Below, in pieces: positions 10,325 to 19,705 of a stretch of 64,000 bases of DNA. The notes under the pieces are model-generated. The model saw only the letters and a program-made list of their open reading frames with translations, ran no database searches and was not told the DNA's origin. Both the position numbers and the translations under genes were made by a program. Position 1 is the stretch's first letter; each line of letters starts with the position of its first letter. Source of the DNA: Thermoplasmatota archaeon (GTDB lineage: Archaea > Thermoplasmatota > E2 > DHVEG-1 > B18-G2); NCBI GenBank assembly GCA_029259115.1, contig JAPDJO010000029.1, positions 32,001 to 96,000 of the forward strand, written 5' to 3'.

Positions 10325-11716
10325 ATGGTATCATTTGATGAGTATATCAGAAAACTTGATGAAAGACTCGAAAAATATATACCTCCAAAAAAAGAATGGG
10401 GTCCTCCAGAACACGCTGTTTACGGAGTGAAAGATTTATACAATGTACCTCTGAAGAAGGCAAAAGAATTGCAATTTAAAGCCATAAAATACCAGTTCAA
10501 AAGACACTACGAAAAAAATAAATTTTATAGAGAATTCTGTAGGGGTCAAGATATTGAACCTGAAAACATCAAGAAGTATGAGGATTTGGATAAAATTCCT
10601 CTTTTGCAGGACAAATTCTTTAAAGATTATCCAGAAGGAAGGGACTTTGCCGTCTGGTTAAGTAATACATTTACTGGAGATCTTCCAACTATAAGAATAA
10701 GAGAAAAGCACCCGACATACGATGATGTAATAAAGGCATTCAACTCAGCAGGTCTTGCTATATCTCATAGTAGTGGAACAAGCGGGAGACATACGTTTAT
10801 TCCGAGAGATAAAAAGACTTTTGATATAGCAGAGTATGCCCTTGCAAAAGCTATCGTATCAATGGTATATCCGCTATGGGAATATGATATTTCTGCATAT
10901 CTATTGATGCCGAATCCATTTAAAACAACCTTATTTGCTGGAAAGGTGTGTGGAGTCCTTTATGATGCTGTGAAAGATGTTACTTCTGCTATAGATAGAG
11001 AGATAACAACTGAGACAATAAGACTTCTAATGTCAGGAAGAGGAATAAAAGCCTCATTTATCAGATTGGCAGCAGCTATAAGTGGAAAAAAGATAATCAA
11101 AAACATAGTAAAATGGTTAGAAGAGAAAGAAAAAAAGAAAGGCAAGATTGCCTTCGTTGGTGCCCCTTATATATTGCATGAGGTCATAGAATATCTTAAA
11201 AGGGAAGGGAAAACTTTCGATTTCTCTGACAGAGGAGGAGTAGTAACTGGTGGCGGCTGGAAGATACATGAAAATAGAAGGCTGCCTGTCGAAGATTTCA
11301 TAAAGGAAGTTAATGAGACCCTTGGAATAAAGGAAGAACATTGTTTAGATGTCTATGCTATGGTTGAGGGTAATGGTATAATGACTCATTGCCCAGAGGG
11401 GCATTATCTACATATCCCCATAACATATCTACATCCAATGGTCATAGACAAGGATATGAATCCTGTAGATTACGAAGAATATGGCAGATTCGCCTTTCTG
11501 GATGGAACAGCTTATAGTTATCCAGGTTTTATTGTTAGCGGAGACAGAGTTAGAATGCTTGAGAGATGTCCAGTCTGTGATAGACCTGGTCCGGTTCTAG
11601 AGCCTGAGATAAAGAGAGCAAAAGGAGAAGAGGTAAGAGGTTGTGCTGAAGAGGTAAGGAGAATGTTGACAATGGATGTTGGTAGAGATCAGGGGGTGTT
11701 TGTTTGGAAAAGATAA
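10325..11716 (+). CDS. LuxE-family acyl-protein synthetase (paralog 3)
   Basis: SSGTSG, TGGGWK, YAMVE, SYPGFIVSGD and EVRGC. Start placed at MVSFDEY by homology with the paralogs (ORF track starts at 10301). Confidence 0.85.
   Translation: MVSFDEYIRKLDERLEKYIPPKKEWGPPEHAVYGVKDLYNVPLKKAKELQFKAIKYQFKRHYEKNKFYREFCRGQDIEPENIKKYEDLDKIPLLQDKFFKDYPEGRDFAVWLSNTFTGDLPTIRIREKHPTYDDVIKAFNSAGLAISHSSGTSGRHTFIPRDKKTFDIAEYALAKAIVSMVYPLWEYDISAYLLMPNPFKTTLFAGKVCGVLYDAVKDVTSAIDREITTETIRLLMSGRGIKASFIRLAAAISGKKIIKNIVKWLEEKEKKKGKIAFVGAPYILHEVIEYLKREGKTFDFSDRGGVVTGGGWKIHENRRLPVEDFIKEVNETLGIKEEHCLDVYAMVEGNGIMTHCPEGHYLHIPITYLHPMVIDKDMNPVDYEEYGRFAFLDGTAYSYPGFIVSGDRVRMLERCPVCDRPGPVLEPEIKRAKGEEVRGCAEEVRRMLTMDVGRDQGVFVWKR
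11567..11658 (+). repeat. Near-identical 3' segment of LuxE paralogs, copy 3
   Basis: 2 synonymous differences from copy 1 over 92 nt. Confidence 0.9.
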
Positions 11717-13134
11717 GTTTCCCTGAGCCCGAAAAGGTGTTGAAAGAAAAACCTTCTCTGAAGAAGTATCTGAAGTATTTACTGTTTTTTGGACCTGGAG
11801 CAATAATAGCCTCTGTAACCATAGGTCAGGGTCAACTCATACTAGGCCCTCAATTGGGGGCATGGGCTGGTCCAAGGCTACTTTGGCTTATAACCATAAA
11901 CATAGCCTCTTACATAATAGCATACCTAAGTTGCAGATATACCTTGATCACCGGACTCAACATGATGGACGTATTTTCTACCAAGTTGAAAGGGATTCTG
12001 AATATTATTTTCATACTGATAATGCTGATATTCGTTCCTATATTTGCAGCAACTATAATAACATCTCTTGGCCAAAGTCTAGCCTGGATGTTTGGCTTTG
12101 GAGATTATCTTATCTGGGGCATTTCTTTTGCTTTGCTTGCTGCGATACTTGCGGTAGCTGGAAGATATAGATTGCTGGAGTACACTCAATTGATTTTTGT
12201 TTTAATTCTAGCAATAGGAGCAATAGTATCGGTAGCTATGATACCCAATCTGAATCTTGCAGAGATAGTTCCACACTTTTTCACAATCGGTGATTTTCCA
12301 GAGTATCCGCAATGGGTCATAGATATGGGTGAAGCAACGAAGCCGATTCCTTTGTTGATACTGGGATACGTAGGTACCCTCACTATAACCATAGTTACGC
12401 TAGTTGGGTATGCTGGATGGGTAAAGGTAAAAGGCTGGGGTATCTTTAAGGATCAGAAAGATCCCGAGAGATTATCAAGAAGATTATTCTCTCTATTTAA
12501 GAAGGCCGGTAAGGTTGAATATCTTCCAAAGGATAAGAAGGAGATTAGGAAAGCAAAACTCCTAACAAAGCCTATATTGATAGATCTGTCTCTTGCTTTC
12601 ATATTCGTATCGATAGCATCTGCAGCATACATGATAGCAGGCTATTACCTGTTAGGCCCAAGGCATGAGTTACCCACAGATATAGATCTTCTCAAAAAAC
12701 AAGCAATTATATTTTCCAACATAGCGTCGTGGCTTAAGCCTCTATATCAAATAAGCGTATTCTTTGCCTTATTTGGTACAATCTATGGTGGATTTGAGGC
12801 TGCATCTAGGATGTTATATGAGACTAGTAAAAACCTGATCAGAAGGGTATCACTCCTAGACTATCCAAAGTTTATGCAATACTTCTTGATATATATTCTC
12901 GCACTTGGATTACCTCTAGCTATACTTATGAGATTTGGACTATCTGTTATAGTGATGTTGAGTATCACTTTACTATTCATAGGTGTTATAGGGGTCATAA
13001 TATATGGAGTAGGAACAATCTATGTCATACAAACTACTTTACCCAAAGAGTACAAACTAAATAAATTTACTTTATCTCTAGGAGTAATAGCAATAATATT
13101 ACTTCTAGTACCGTTTCTGTCATTTGTCATGTAG
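11704..13134 (+). CDS. NRAMP-like / APC-fold secondary transporter
   Basis: FGPGAIIASVTIGQGQL N-terminal motif; about 11 TM segments; overlaps LuxE paralog 3. Confidence 0.7.
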   Translation: MEKISFPEPEKVLKEKPSLKKYLKYLLFFGPGAIIASVTIGQGQLILGPQLGAWAGPRLLWLITINIASYIIAYLSCRYTLITGLNMMDVFSTKLKGILNIIFILIMLIFVPIFAATIITSLGQSLAWMFGFGDYLIWGISFALLAAILAVAGRYRLLEYTQLIFVLILAIGAIVSVAMIPNLNLAEIVPHFFTIGDFPEYPQWVIDMGEATKPIPLLILGYVGTLTITIVTLVGYAGWVKVKGWGIFKDQKDPERLSRRLFSLFKKAGKVEYLPKDKKEIRKAKLLTKPILIDLSLAFIFVSIASAAYMIAGYYLLGPRHELPTDIDLLKKQAIIFSNIASWLKPLYQISVFFALFGTIYGGFEAASRMLYETSKNLIRRVSLLDYPKFMQYFLIYILALGLPLAILMRFGLSVIVMLSITLLFIGVIGVIIYGVGTIYVIQTTLPKEYKLNKFTLSLGVIAIILLLVPFLSFVM

Positions 13135-13151
13135 AAAATTATTCCAATTAA

Positions 13152-13427
13152 ATTAGTCGTATAAATATTCTCCATCACATCGAAGATCTAAGATCAGTTA
13201 TACGAGAAATCAAGAGAGTATTAAAGAGTGGAGGCATCGTATTTGTTCTAGATTTTTATAGAGATTCTCTCCTTGGAAAGATAATAAATCTCTATGAAAG
13301 GATCTTATCAAATCCCGGACTCATAGACCCTTTCCACCTCGAAAAACTTTTCAAAGAAGAGGGTTTTGAGGGAAAGATAAAAATGGTGTCTAATTTTCAG
13401 TATGTTTATCTCGGAAAGAAATCGTAG
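13152..13427 (+). pseudogene. 5'-truncated class I SAM methyltransferase remnant
   Basis: My translation gives NILHHIEDLRSVIREIKRVLKSGGIVFVLDF...GKKS*. In-frame TAA at 13149-13151; no start codon and no SAM-binding motif I. Confidence 0.7.
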
Positions 13428-14040
13428 TCTTTCTTGAAATAACACAGATCTTTATCTTGTTTAGACCCTTCAAATCTTTCATATCCATTACCTCTATTTC
13501 TTCAAATCCAGAGGTTTGTAATAAATCTAGAACATATCTGAGGTTGTGAGGTTTAAATCCAAATATCTTTCCAAGAATTTTTCCAAAGATGTTATTCCTT
13601 ATAACTAGGACGAGAAGTTTGCCATCACTCTTGATAGTTTTATAAACTTCTTTAAAAAGATTTTCAGGATCTATATACTCTATAAGACCGGATGTAACAA
13701 CAAAATCCAAGGAATCTTCTTTAATTGGTATGCCCAGTGATAGATCAGCCTTTACCAAATCTATGTTTTTGATTCTTTCATTGCGCGTATATTCATGCAA
13801 AATTTTCAATAAACCATTCGACTCATCTACCGCGATCACTCTGCAATTCCTATTTCTCTTCGCTATAAATATGGATAGAAGACCTGATCCGCAACCTAGA
13901 TCAGATACAATTCCATCAAAATCGAATTTGTTGAGCAGTTTTCCTATCGCTCTCTTATATCCAAATACACTTATTATCCAATCATACAACCTCGGAAACT
14001 TTTTGAATAACAGATATCTCTGTATCGTGAATTTCCCCAT
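13390..14040 (-). CDS. Class I SAM-dependent methyltransferase
   Basis: DLGCGSG motif I, VIAVD, and EVYKTIKSDGKL. Confidence 0.85.
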   Translation of the reverse strand: MGKFTIQRYLLFKKFPRLYDWIISVFGYKRAIGKLLNKFDFDGIVSDLGCGSGLLSIFIAKRNRNCRVIAVDESNGLLKILHEYTRNERIKNIDLVKADLSLGIPIKEDSLDFVVTSGLIEYIDPENLFKEVYKTIKSDGKLLVLVIRNNIFGKILGKIFGFKPHNLRYVLDLLQTSGFEEIEVMDMKDLKGLNKIKICVISRKTTISFRDKHTEN

Positions 14041-14097
14041 TCAAGATGTAATAGATAAGAAAAACTTATGTATCTTTGCAAATTATTATTTTATAGT

Positions 14098-14182
14098 GCA
14101 GGGGTAGCCAAGCCTGGTCAAAGGCGCCAGACTCAAGATCTGGTCCCGGAGGGGTTCAGGAGTTCGAATCTCCTCCCCTGCA
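14098..14182 (+). tRNA. tRNA-Leu (anticodon CAA)
   Basis: GCAGGGG/CCCCTGC acceptor stem, CCAGA-CTCAAGA-TCTGG anticodon arm, long variable arm, GTTCGAATC T-loop. Confidence 0.96.
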
Positions 14183-14185
14183 CTT

Positions 14186-14758
14186 TTAAAATCTGTTGAT
14201 ATGAAGAATTTTCTCGAGTCTTCTCTTAGGTACATGCATTACTCCATCTTTATCTCTCCAGTACCTTATCGAATCTTCCGCATCTTCAACAACAGATTTC
14301 TCTGCAGGAAAACCGAGAGCAATAACAGAATGGATATAGTATTCTGGTGGAATGTTTAAGATGTCTCTAAGAAAATCTCTGTCAATATTTCCAAGCATAC
14401 AGCTACCTATACCATAGGAATATGCTAGAATCATGATGTTCTCTGCAGCCAGCCCTACATCGATATCTGAGAATTGGCTGATTCCCTTCTTTACGAGAAT
14501 TACTATGTAAGCTGTCGGTCTCTCCTCCTTATCGGGCTTCCATTCAGGTTTTATATATCCTGCCCACCTTAGAGCAGGGAATATCTTGTCACATAATTTT
14601 TGATCGTTGATGACTATATATTCGAGAGGTTGAAGGTTTGCGCCGGAAGGCGCTAACCTAGCTGCGTTCACTAATTTTTTGAGAAATTCTAGAGGAATAG
14701 GGATCTGTTTGAATCTTCTTATAGATCTTCTACCAATAATAGCAGATTCCACGTCCAT
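14186..14758 (-). CDS. Nitroreductase family protein
   Basis: RRSIRRF, APSGANLQP and GIGSC motifs. Start moved to MDVES (ORF track starts at 14776). Confidence 0.9.
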   Translation of the reverse strand: MDVESAIIGRRSIRRFKQIPIPLEFLKKLVNAARLAPSGANLQPLEYIVINDQKLCDKIFPALRWAGYIKPEWKPDKEERPTAYIVILVKKGISQFSDIDVGLAAENIMILAYSYGIGSCMLGNIDRDFLRDILNIPPEYYIHSVIALGFPAEKSVVEDAEDSIRYWRDKDGVMHVPKRRLEKILHINRF

Positions 14759-14821
14759 GCAGAAGAGAATACTCACGGATAAGAAAACCCTTTTGTATCT
14801 ATTATCACATCATCTAAAATA

Positions 14822-16303
14822 ATGAAGATAAAAAGAAGGAAAGGCGGATTTGTAAAGACAGCACCAAAATCCCTAGAAAAGAAGATATTGGATAATGCAG
14901 TTAAGATTAAGGAAGACTTTACAATAATTCTACCAGTACCTGTAGATGAAAAATCTAAAAAATCCATAGGCAAGCTTAGAAAGAAATTGGAAAAGGTTTG
15001 GCAGTATAGAGACGATACCAAAAAACTTGAAAAGATTTCTAAAAAGAAAGGGCTGGAGTCTGCACTTGCAGGAATTTTGATACTAGCCAATAATCCTAAG
15101 GCTCCTTATCTAGCTCATGTTAAGATAGGGGATAGAGATGTCGCATATGCGTTGAGAGGAAAAGCAGAAAAAGAGAAACTTATTTCTTTGCAATACTTCG
15201 ATGATCCCGTGCTGCGTATTTTGGGATTTATAGATTTGTGCAGCAAAAAGAATCTTTCGTTATACTCATGGAAGGATAAATTCCTGTGCTCCTCAAAAGA
15301 TGATATCCCTGAAGATTTTCTGGAATTCCTGTCCACTTACCTAGGATTACAGAGGGAAGGGTCTCTACTAAAATGTCATCATATATGTTCAGATAGAGCA
15401 ACTAAGGAACATTTGTTGATTAGATTGAAAAATCTAAAAATAGCGATCTGTAGGGATTGCCTTGAGGATAAAAATACGGTTTTCGAGATAACAAAGCATG
15501 CTTTTATTCCGAATATCCAAAAGGTTTTAAGCATTGAGATAAAGTCAGAACTTCTAGAGTATGGGGTAGAGGTTGAGTACAAAGAAGATTATCTAAGCGG
15601 TAAATTGAATGACAGGGAATTCTTTGAGAGGAATCTTGAAACATGGAAAAATAAACTCAAAATCGAGGAAAAGAAAATCATCTACATAAATGGTAAAGTG
15701 TACAGTGATTTTACATCATTTCTAAATGAATTGGGTATTGAGAAAACTGAAAGAAAGGCAATCGAAATCCTTCTAACAAAGATAAACGAGCCTATTTTCT
15801 TGGATAGCAAAAATGTAAATGTAATTCTCGAAAGGTATTGGAAAAGCTATGGTGAAGAAATCTTGACCGAACTCTCAGACGATCCGAATCTAGCAAAGAA
15901 GGTATTTAATCCCAGCGAATCGCCAATCAAGCAGATAAGGCATCTTGAAAGTATTAGCAAAAAAATAGATAGAATCTCAAAATATCCAACTTATGAGAAT
16001 CTTCCACCTGTAGCAAAATTCATCGATGATATAGCAAAAGAGTATATAGCTCATGGTAAAGAGAAGGTTCTATCTATTCTATCCAAACCACCTAAGGGAA
16101 TTAAAGAGAGATCTTTGGCATATGCCTTTCTTCTTGCTCTTGGAAAAGGTGAGGAAAGAAAATGGCAATATAAGAAGGAAGAGGTGGAGTTTGGTGAATT
16201 TCTTAAAAGATATGTCGTGAAGCTCTTAAGCTCAAAACCGGAGGAGTACCATGAGAATCTGAAAATGCTCCTGTCTGTGAGTGGAGTGAGTGAAGAAATC
16301 TAG
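14822..16303 (+). CDS. Hypothetical protein (493 aa)
   Basis: Long ORF with host-like composition and Cys clusters (CHHIC, CRDC); no family recognised. Confidence 0.6.
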   Translation: MKIKRRKGGFVKTAPKSLEKKILDNAVKIKEDFTIILPVPVDEKSKKSIGKLRKKLEKVWQYRDDTKKLEKISKKKGLESALAGILILANNPKAPYLAHVKIGDRDVAYALRGKAEKEKLISLQYFDDPVLRILGFIDLCSKKNLSLYSWKDKFLCSSKDDIPEDFLEFLSTYLGLQREGSLLKCHHICSDRATKEHLLIRLKNLKIAICRDCLEDKNTVFEITKHAFIPNIQKVLSIEIKSELLEYGVEVEYKEDYLSGKLNDREFFERNLETWKNKLKIEEKKIIYINGKVYSDFTSFLNELGIEKTERKAIEILLTKINEPIFLDSKNVNVILERYWKSYGEEILTELSDDPNLAKKVFNPSESPIKQIRHLESISKKIDRISKYPTYENLPPVAKFIDDIAKEYIAHGKEKVLSILSKPPKGIKERSLAYAFLLALGKGEERKWQYKKEEVEFGEFLKRYVVKLLSSKPEEYHENLKMLLSVSGVSEEI

Positions 16304-16371
16304 CAGTTATTGAAATTGGATCATAACTGTTGGAATATAAGAGAAAAGATCAAAACTTGAGATATCTTGAA

Positions 16372-16992
16372 TCAATAACCCTCTTTATTTCTTTCATAGA
16401 GTTCTACGGCATTTTTTATCATTTTTATTAAAACTCCCTTAGCCTCAACCGGGCTATTTTTACCTAAGAAACTGTAGCCTGTAGCATAGCAAGGTTTCAC
16501 AACCCCTCGATCATATCCCAGAGTTATAACAGTATACATCGGTACACCGCCTTGCTTTGAGATATCGAAGGATCTATAGACATCTCTGAATGTGCCATCA
16601 ACATGATCTAGATTAATATGTATTAGAGTTATTCCAGTTCCTGAGAAATTCTTTGTTTTGACTAGGAAAGGTTTTTTTATATCATCAACATCAAAAATTT
16701 CTTTGATTATTGGATCCATTTCATCACAAGCGGAACAAACGTCTATCCTAAAATGTAAGAAGACTGGTCCTTTGGATAGATTCTCAAGAATAAATTCAGG
16801 AAAATCTTTACCGTCCACTGTCTCAAATCTAAATTCCAGAATGGTCTTTGGATCCATCTTTATACAACTTAGACATAATACTGATACAATCTTATCTTTC
16901 ACATCACTATAAACGTGTGTAGATGCAAATATGTAAGACAGTGAGACTAGAGAAATTACAAATATACTTATGGCAAGATATGTCTTTTTCAT
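16372..16992 (-). CDS. Exported thioredoxin-fold protein
   Basis: N-terminal TM segment; CLSC and CSAC motifs, GVP cis-Pro loop. Confidence 0.7.
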   Translation of the reverse strand: MKKTYLAISIFVISLVSLSYIFASTHVYSDVKDKIVSVLCLSCIKMDPKTILEFRFETVDGKDFPEFILENLSKGPVFLHFRIDVCSACDEMDPIIKEIFDVDDIKKPFLVKTKNFSGTGITLIHINLDHVDGTFRDVYRSFDISKQGGVPMYTVITLGYDRGVVKPCYATGYSFLGKNSPVEAKGVLIKMIKNAVELYERNKEGY

Positions 16993-17798
16993 GTTCCCAC
17001 TCTATAGGTTATTATCTTTTTTGGGCAAGCCTCTATACATCTACCACATAGTATACACTCTGGCGATCTGTCCATATTTGGAACATCTATGCCCATTGGA
17101 CAAGCTTCTACGCATTTATTACAATGTATACACTTTTCCTTATCAACATAAACATGAAGTAAGCTGATCTTGTTGAAAGGAGCCATAAGGGCTCCAAGAG
17201 GGCAGAAGTATTTGCACCATCCTCTTTCAGAGAAAAATATCAGTATGATGAATAATACAAATACAACTAATGCCAATGGGAAGAATGGATTTGGAGTAAA
17301 TTTTCCATAGTTCAATATTCCTATTGGGATAGTCCCAACTAGAAAGCCTACAGGACATATATCCGTAAACATGAAACCTACGAAATATGGAGCGATAATA
17401 ACTAATACAATTAAATTCAAGTATTTTACATATCTGATTTTGCTTTTGATGCTCTCTGGAATTTTCATGGATAAATATTTGCTTAGTCTATTTCTGGAAA
17501 ACTTGGAAGTTGCTCTCTGTAACAGACCAATTGGACATATCCATCCACATACAGCTCTACCCAAAAGAGATGAGATTGATGAAAATAGAAGAACCGGGTA
17601 GAGAAGTAAAGGGAAAGATATTTTTCCCTTGTAAACCGCATGCTCCATAATACCAAGTGGACAACCTGCAGAGGCATAGGGGCATGCGTGGCAGTAAAAG
17701 AAGGGGTAACAAAAACCTGTTTTTATGCCTGTTGCTCCCAGGTTAGCAAAAACCAGAGATATGAATTGGGATATCAATCTCTTTATTTGTAATCTCAT
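16989..17798 (-). CDS. Membrane 4Fe-4S binding protein (NapH/MauN-like)
   Basis: CGWICPIG and CKYFCPLG motifs plus two CxxCxxCxxxCP ferredoxin motifs; TM segments. Confidence 0.88.
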   Translation of the reverse strand: MRLQIKRLISQFISLVFANLGATGIKTGFCYPFFYCHACPYASAGCPLGIMEHAVYKGKISFPLLLYPVLLFSSISSLLGRAVCGWICPIGLLQRATSKFSRNRLSKYLSMKIPESIKSKIRYVKYLNLIVLVIIAPYFVGFMFTDICPVGFLVGTIPIGILNYGKFTPNPFFPLALVVFVLFIILIFFSERGWCKYFCPLGALMAPFNKISLLHVYVDKEKCIHCNKCVEACPMGIDVPNMDRSPECILCGRCIEACPKKIITYRVGT

Positions 17799-18280
17799 CT
17801 AGATAACCCTCTGGAAATCAAGATTGATATTGTTATGGAAATCAAAATTCCATAAACTTCAAATCCCGGTGTTTTCTTCTTTCCATCTTCCATACTTACC
17901 TGAGGTTCTACTTCAAATTCTTGAACCCCTGTTTCGACATAGCTACCGTTTTGGAAAGATATATTAACCTTGTAGTGCACTAGAGTGGTATCATTTCTAA
18001 GCTTATATTCTGCACTGTATTTTCCTAACCCTGTTTGCTCCATATTCAAAATTTTAGGTAAAAAACATTGATCTCCTTTGCATTCCTCTATCCACAGTCT
18101 AACATCACTCACGTTACCAGTCATATTTAAGTAGAATTTAACTGTATCTCCAGCTTTTGGTTTTGATGGAGAGTATCCTATCTCTATCTTCGAAAGTGCA
18201 TTTGTAGAGAGAAAAAGTAACATCAGCATAGCTATCAGACACATCGATACTTTTCTCATCCTACACCCCCAATTTAACAC
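17795..18280 (-). CDS. Secreted protein with PGF-CTERM-like sorting signal
   Basis: Signal peptide; C-terminal TPGF followed by a TM helix and a basic tail. Confidence 0.7.
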   Translation of the reverse strand: MLNWGCRMRKVSMCLIAMLMLLFLSTNALSKIEIGYSPSKPKAGDTVKFYLNMTGNVSDVRLWIEECKGDQCFLPKILNMEQTGLGKYSAEYKLRNDTTLVHYKVNISFQNGSYVETGVQEFEVEPQVSMEDGKKKTPGFEVYGILISITISILISRGLSR

Positions 18281-18322
18281 CGTTGTGTATAGAGTATTTT
18301 TATTAGTCTGGGTGGGAATTTA

Positions 18323-19195
18323 CTAATCTTTAACGTTTTCTATTAGACCTACCAGATCTTGGGTCGTTTTTGCTCCTGCCTTTAAGTAAAAGATTCTGCC
18401 ATATTTATCGAATATTACTATCGTAGGGATTGCATTTTCCAATAGATATTTTGATGCCTCGTAATATTTATCTATACCAAATATCCAGTTGTTTATGTAA
18501 CTTCCATAGGTGGATTCTATAGAACTCACGTCATCTCCAGCTACATCAAGAGAGATTATCACAACATCTGTATCATTATGGTAGTAGTCTCTGATCTCTG
18601 ATAGATAATTCATTTGTGCCCTGCAGGCAGGGCAATTAACGCTCATGAGATCAAGGATGACTACTTTCCCTCTGTAATCGCTTAGCCTCTTTTCTTCTCC
18701 AGATAAAGTGACGAATCTGAAATCCTCCCCCTTAATCTTTCCTTGCAAGGTTAGATTTAGAACCTCGATAAATCTCTTTATAGATTCTATTTTGTCTGAT
18801 GGATTGTATATGCTATAGGCTACAAGCTTGCTAAGTTCGTTTCCATTGCTATCTAAGAATATAACGAGAGGGAACGGATTATTCATAAATTTGTACTTTG
18901 AAAGTATCTCTCCTTGCGATGGATCGTTGACATCTATTTTTATGGCAACAAAATCTTTCATCATATTAATGATGGTCTCATTAGAAAACAGATTTTTTTC
19001 TAGGGTTTCACAAAAGTCGTAACCTGGAGAACAAAAGTATAGGATGGCAGGTTTTCCCGTATTCTCCATCTTTTGCATTCCCTCATTATAATCCAGCCAT
19101 TCTATGGATTTGTGTGTCTTATTAGAAGATTGTATACATCCTGCCATTAAGAATAATATAGAGAGTGTTATTGCAACATATCTCAATCTCATCAT
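18323..19195 (-). CDS. Lipoprotein with two thioredoxin-fold domains (TlpA/ResA-like C-terminal domain)
   Basis: Lipobox MAGC; LSDYRGKVVILDLMSVNCPAC; IPT loop. Confidence 0.8.
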   Translation of the reverse strand: MMRLRYVAITLSILFLMAGCIQSSNKTHKSIEWLDYNEGMQKMENTGKPAILYFCSPGYDFCETLEKNLFSNETIINMMKDFVAIKIDVNDPSQGEILSKYKFMNNPFPLVIFLDSNGNELSKLVAYSIYNPSDKIESIKRFIEVLNLTLQGKIKGEDFRFVTLSGEEKRLSDYRGKVVILDLMSVNCPACRAQMNYLSEIRDYYHNDTDVVIISLDVAGDDVSSIESTYGSYINNWIFGIDKYYEASKYLLENAIPTIVIFDKYGRIFYLKAGAKTTQDLVGLIENVKD

Positions 19196-19205
19196 CTACC
19201 ACATC

Positions 19206-19616
19206 TCAGATCAATCCTGCAGATCTCAACTTTTCAACAAGAAATTCCTTTGGCATAGCCCCTATAATCCTATCAACAAGCTCCCCATCTCTAAATAGGA
19301 GGATAGTAGGGATACTCATTATATTATATCTCATCGCTGTCTTGGGATTATTATCAACATTCAGTTTTCCAAATACAATTTTTCCTTTCAGTTCCCTAGC
19401 CAGCTCTTCGATTACTGGAGCAATCATAAGACATGGTCCGCACCAAGGCGCCCAGCAATCTATAGCTACGTTTTTGTATTTTTTAACCATCTCATCAAAA
19501 TTCACATCGCTAACCTCTATAGGTTTATCGGGCATACTTTCCAAGTTTTCACCTTCCATATACCTCTTTCTGAGTTCTTCAAGCTTCCTCCTTCTAAGCA
19601 TCTCCAGTTCGTCCAT
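19206..19616 (-). CDS. trxA: Thioredoxin
   Basis: WAPWCGPC and SIPT motifs. Start placed at MDELEMLRR (19616), just downstream of a TATA box. Confidence 0.93.
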   Translation of the reverse strand: MDELEMLRRRKLEELRKRYMEGENLESMPDKPIEVSDVNFDEMVKKYKNVAIDCWAPWCGPCLMIAPVIEELARELKGKIVFGKLNVDNNPKTAMRYNIMSIPTILLFRDGELVDRIIGAMPKEFLVEKLRSAGLI

Positions 19617-19640
19617 GCAAGCCTGTAAACGATAAAGACA

Positions 19641-19683
19641 TATATAAACGTTTGTGCAAATTTTATGCACAAACGTTATAAAC
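19641..19683. promoter_or_regulatory. Divergent promoter with palindromic operator
   Basis: AACGTTTGTGCA-N7-TGCACAAACGTT (19647-19677), flanked by TATA boxes on opposite strands (TTTATATA on -, TTATAAA on +). Confidence 0.75.
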
Positions 19684-19705
19684 CTTTAGATAATTCTCAG
19701 AATGA

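Noticed and set aside
6932-11658. LuxE 3' repeats as DGR template/variable repeats
   Set aside because: No reverse transcriptase is nearby, the differences are few and synonymous, and all copies lie inside intact genes.
5698-11716. Bioluminescence (lux) operon
   Set aside because: Only LuxE-like genes are present; no luxA, luxB, luxC or luxD in the window.
5698-14182. LuxE cluster as an island integrated at tRNA-Leu
   Set aside because: The cluster lies 5' of the tRNA, there is no integrase, and I found no duplicated tRNA-Leu 3' end.
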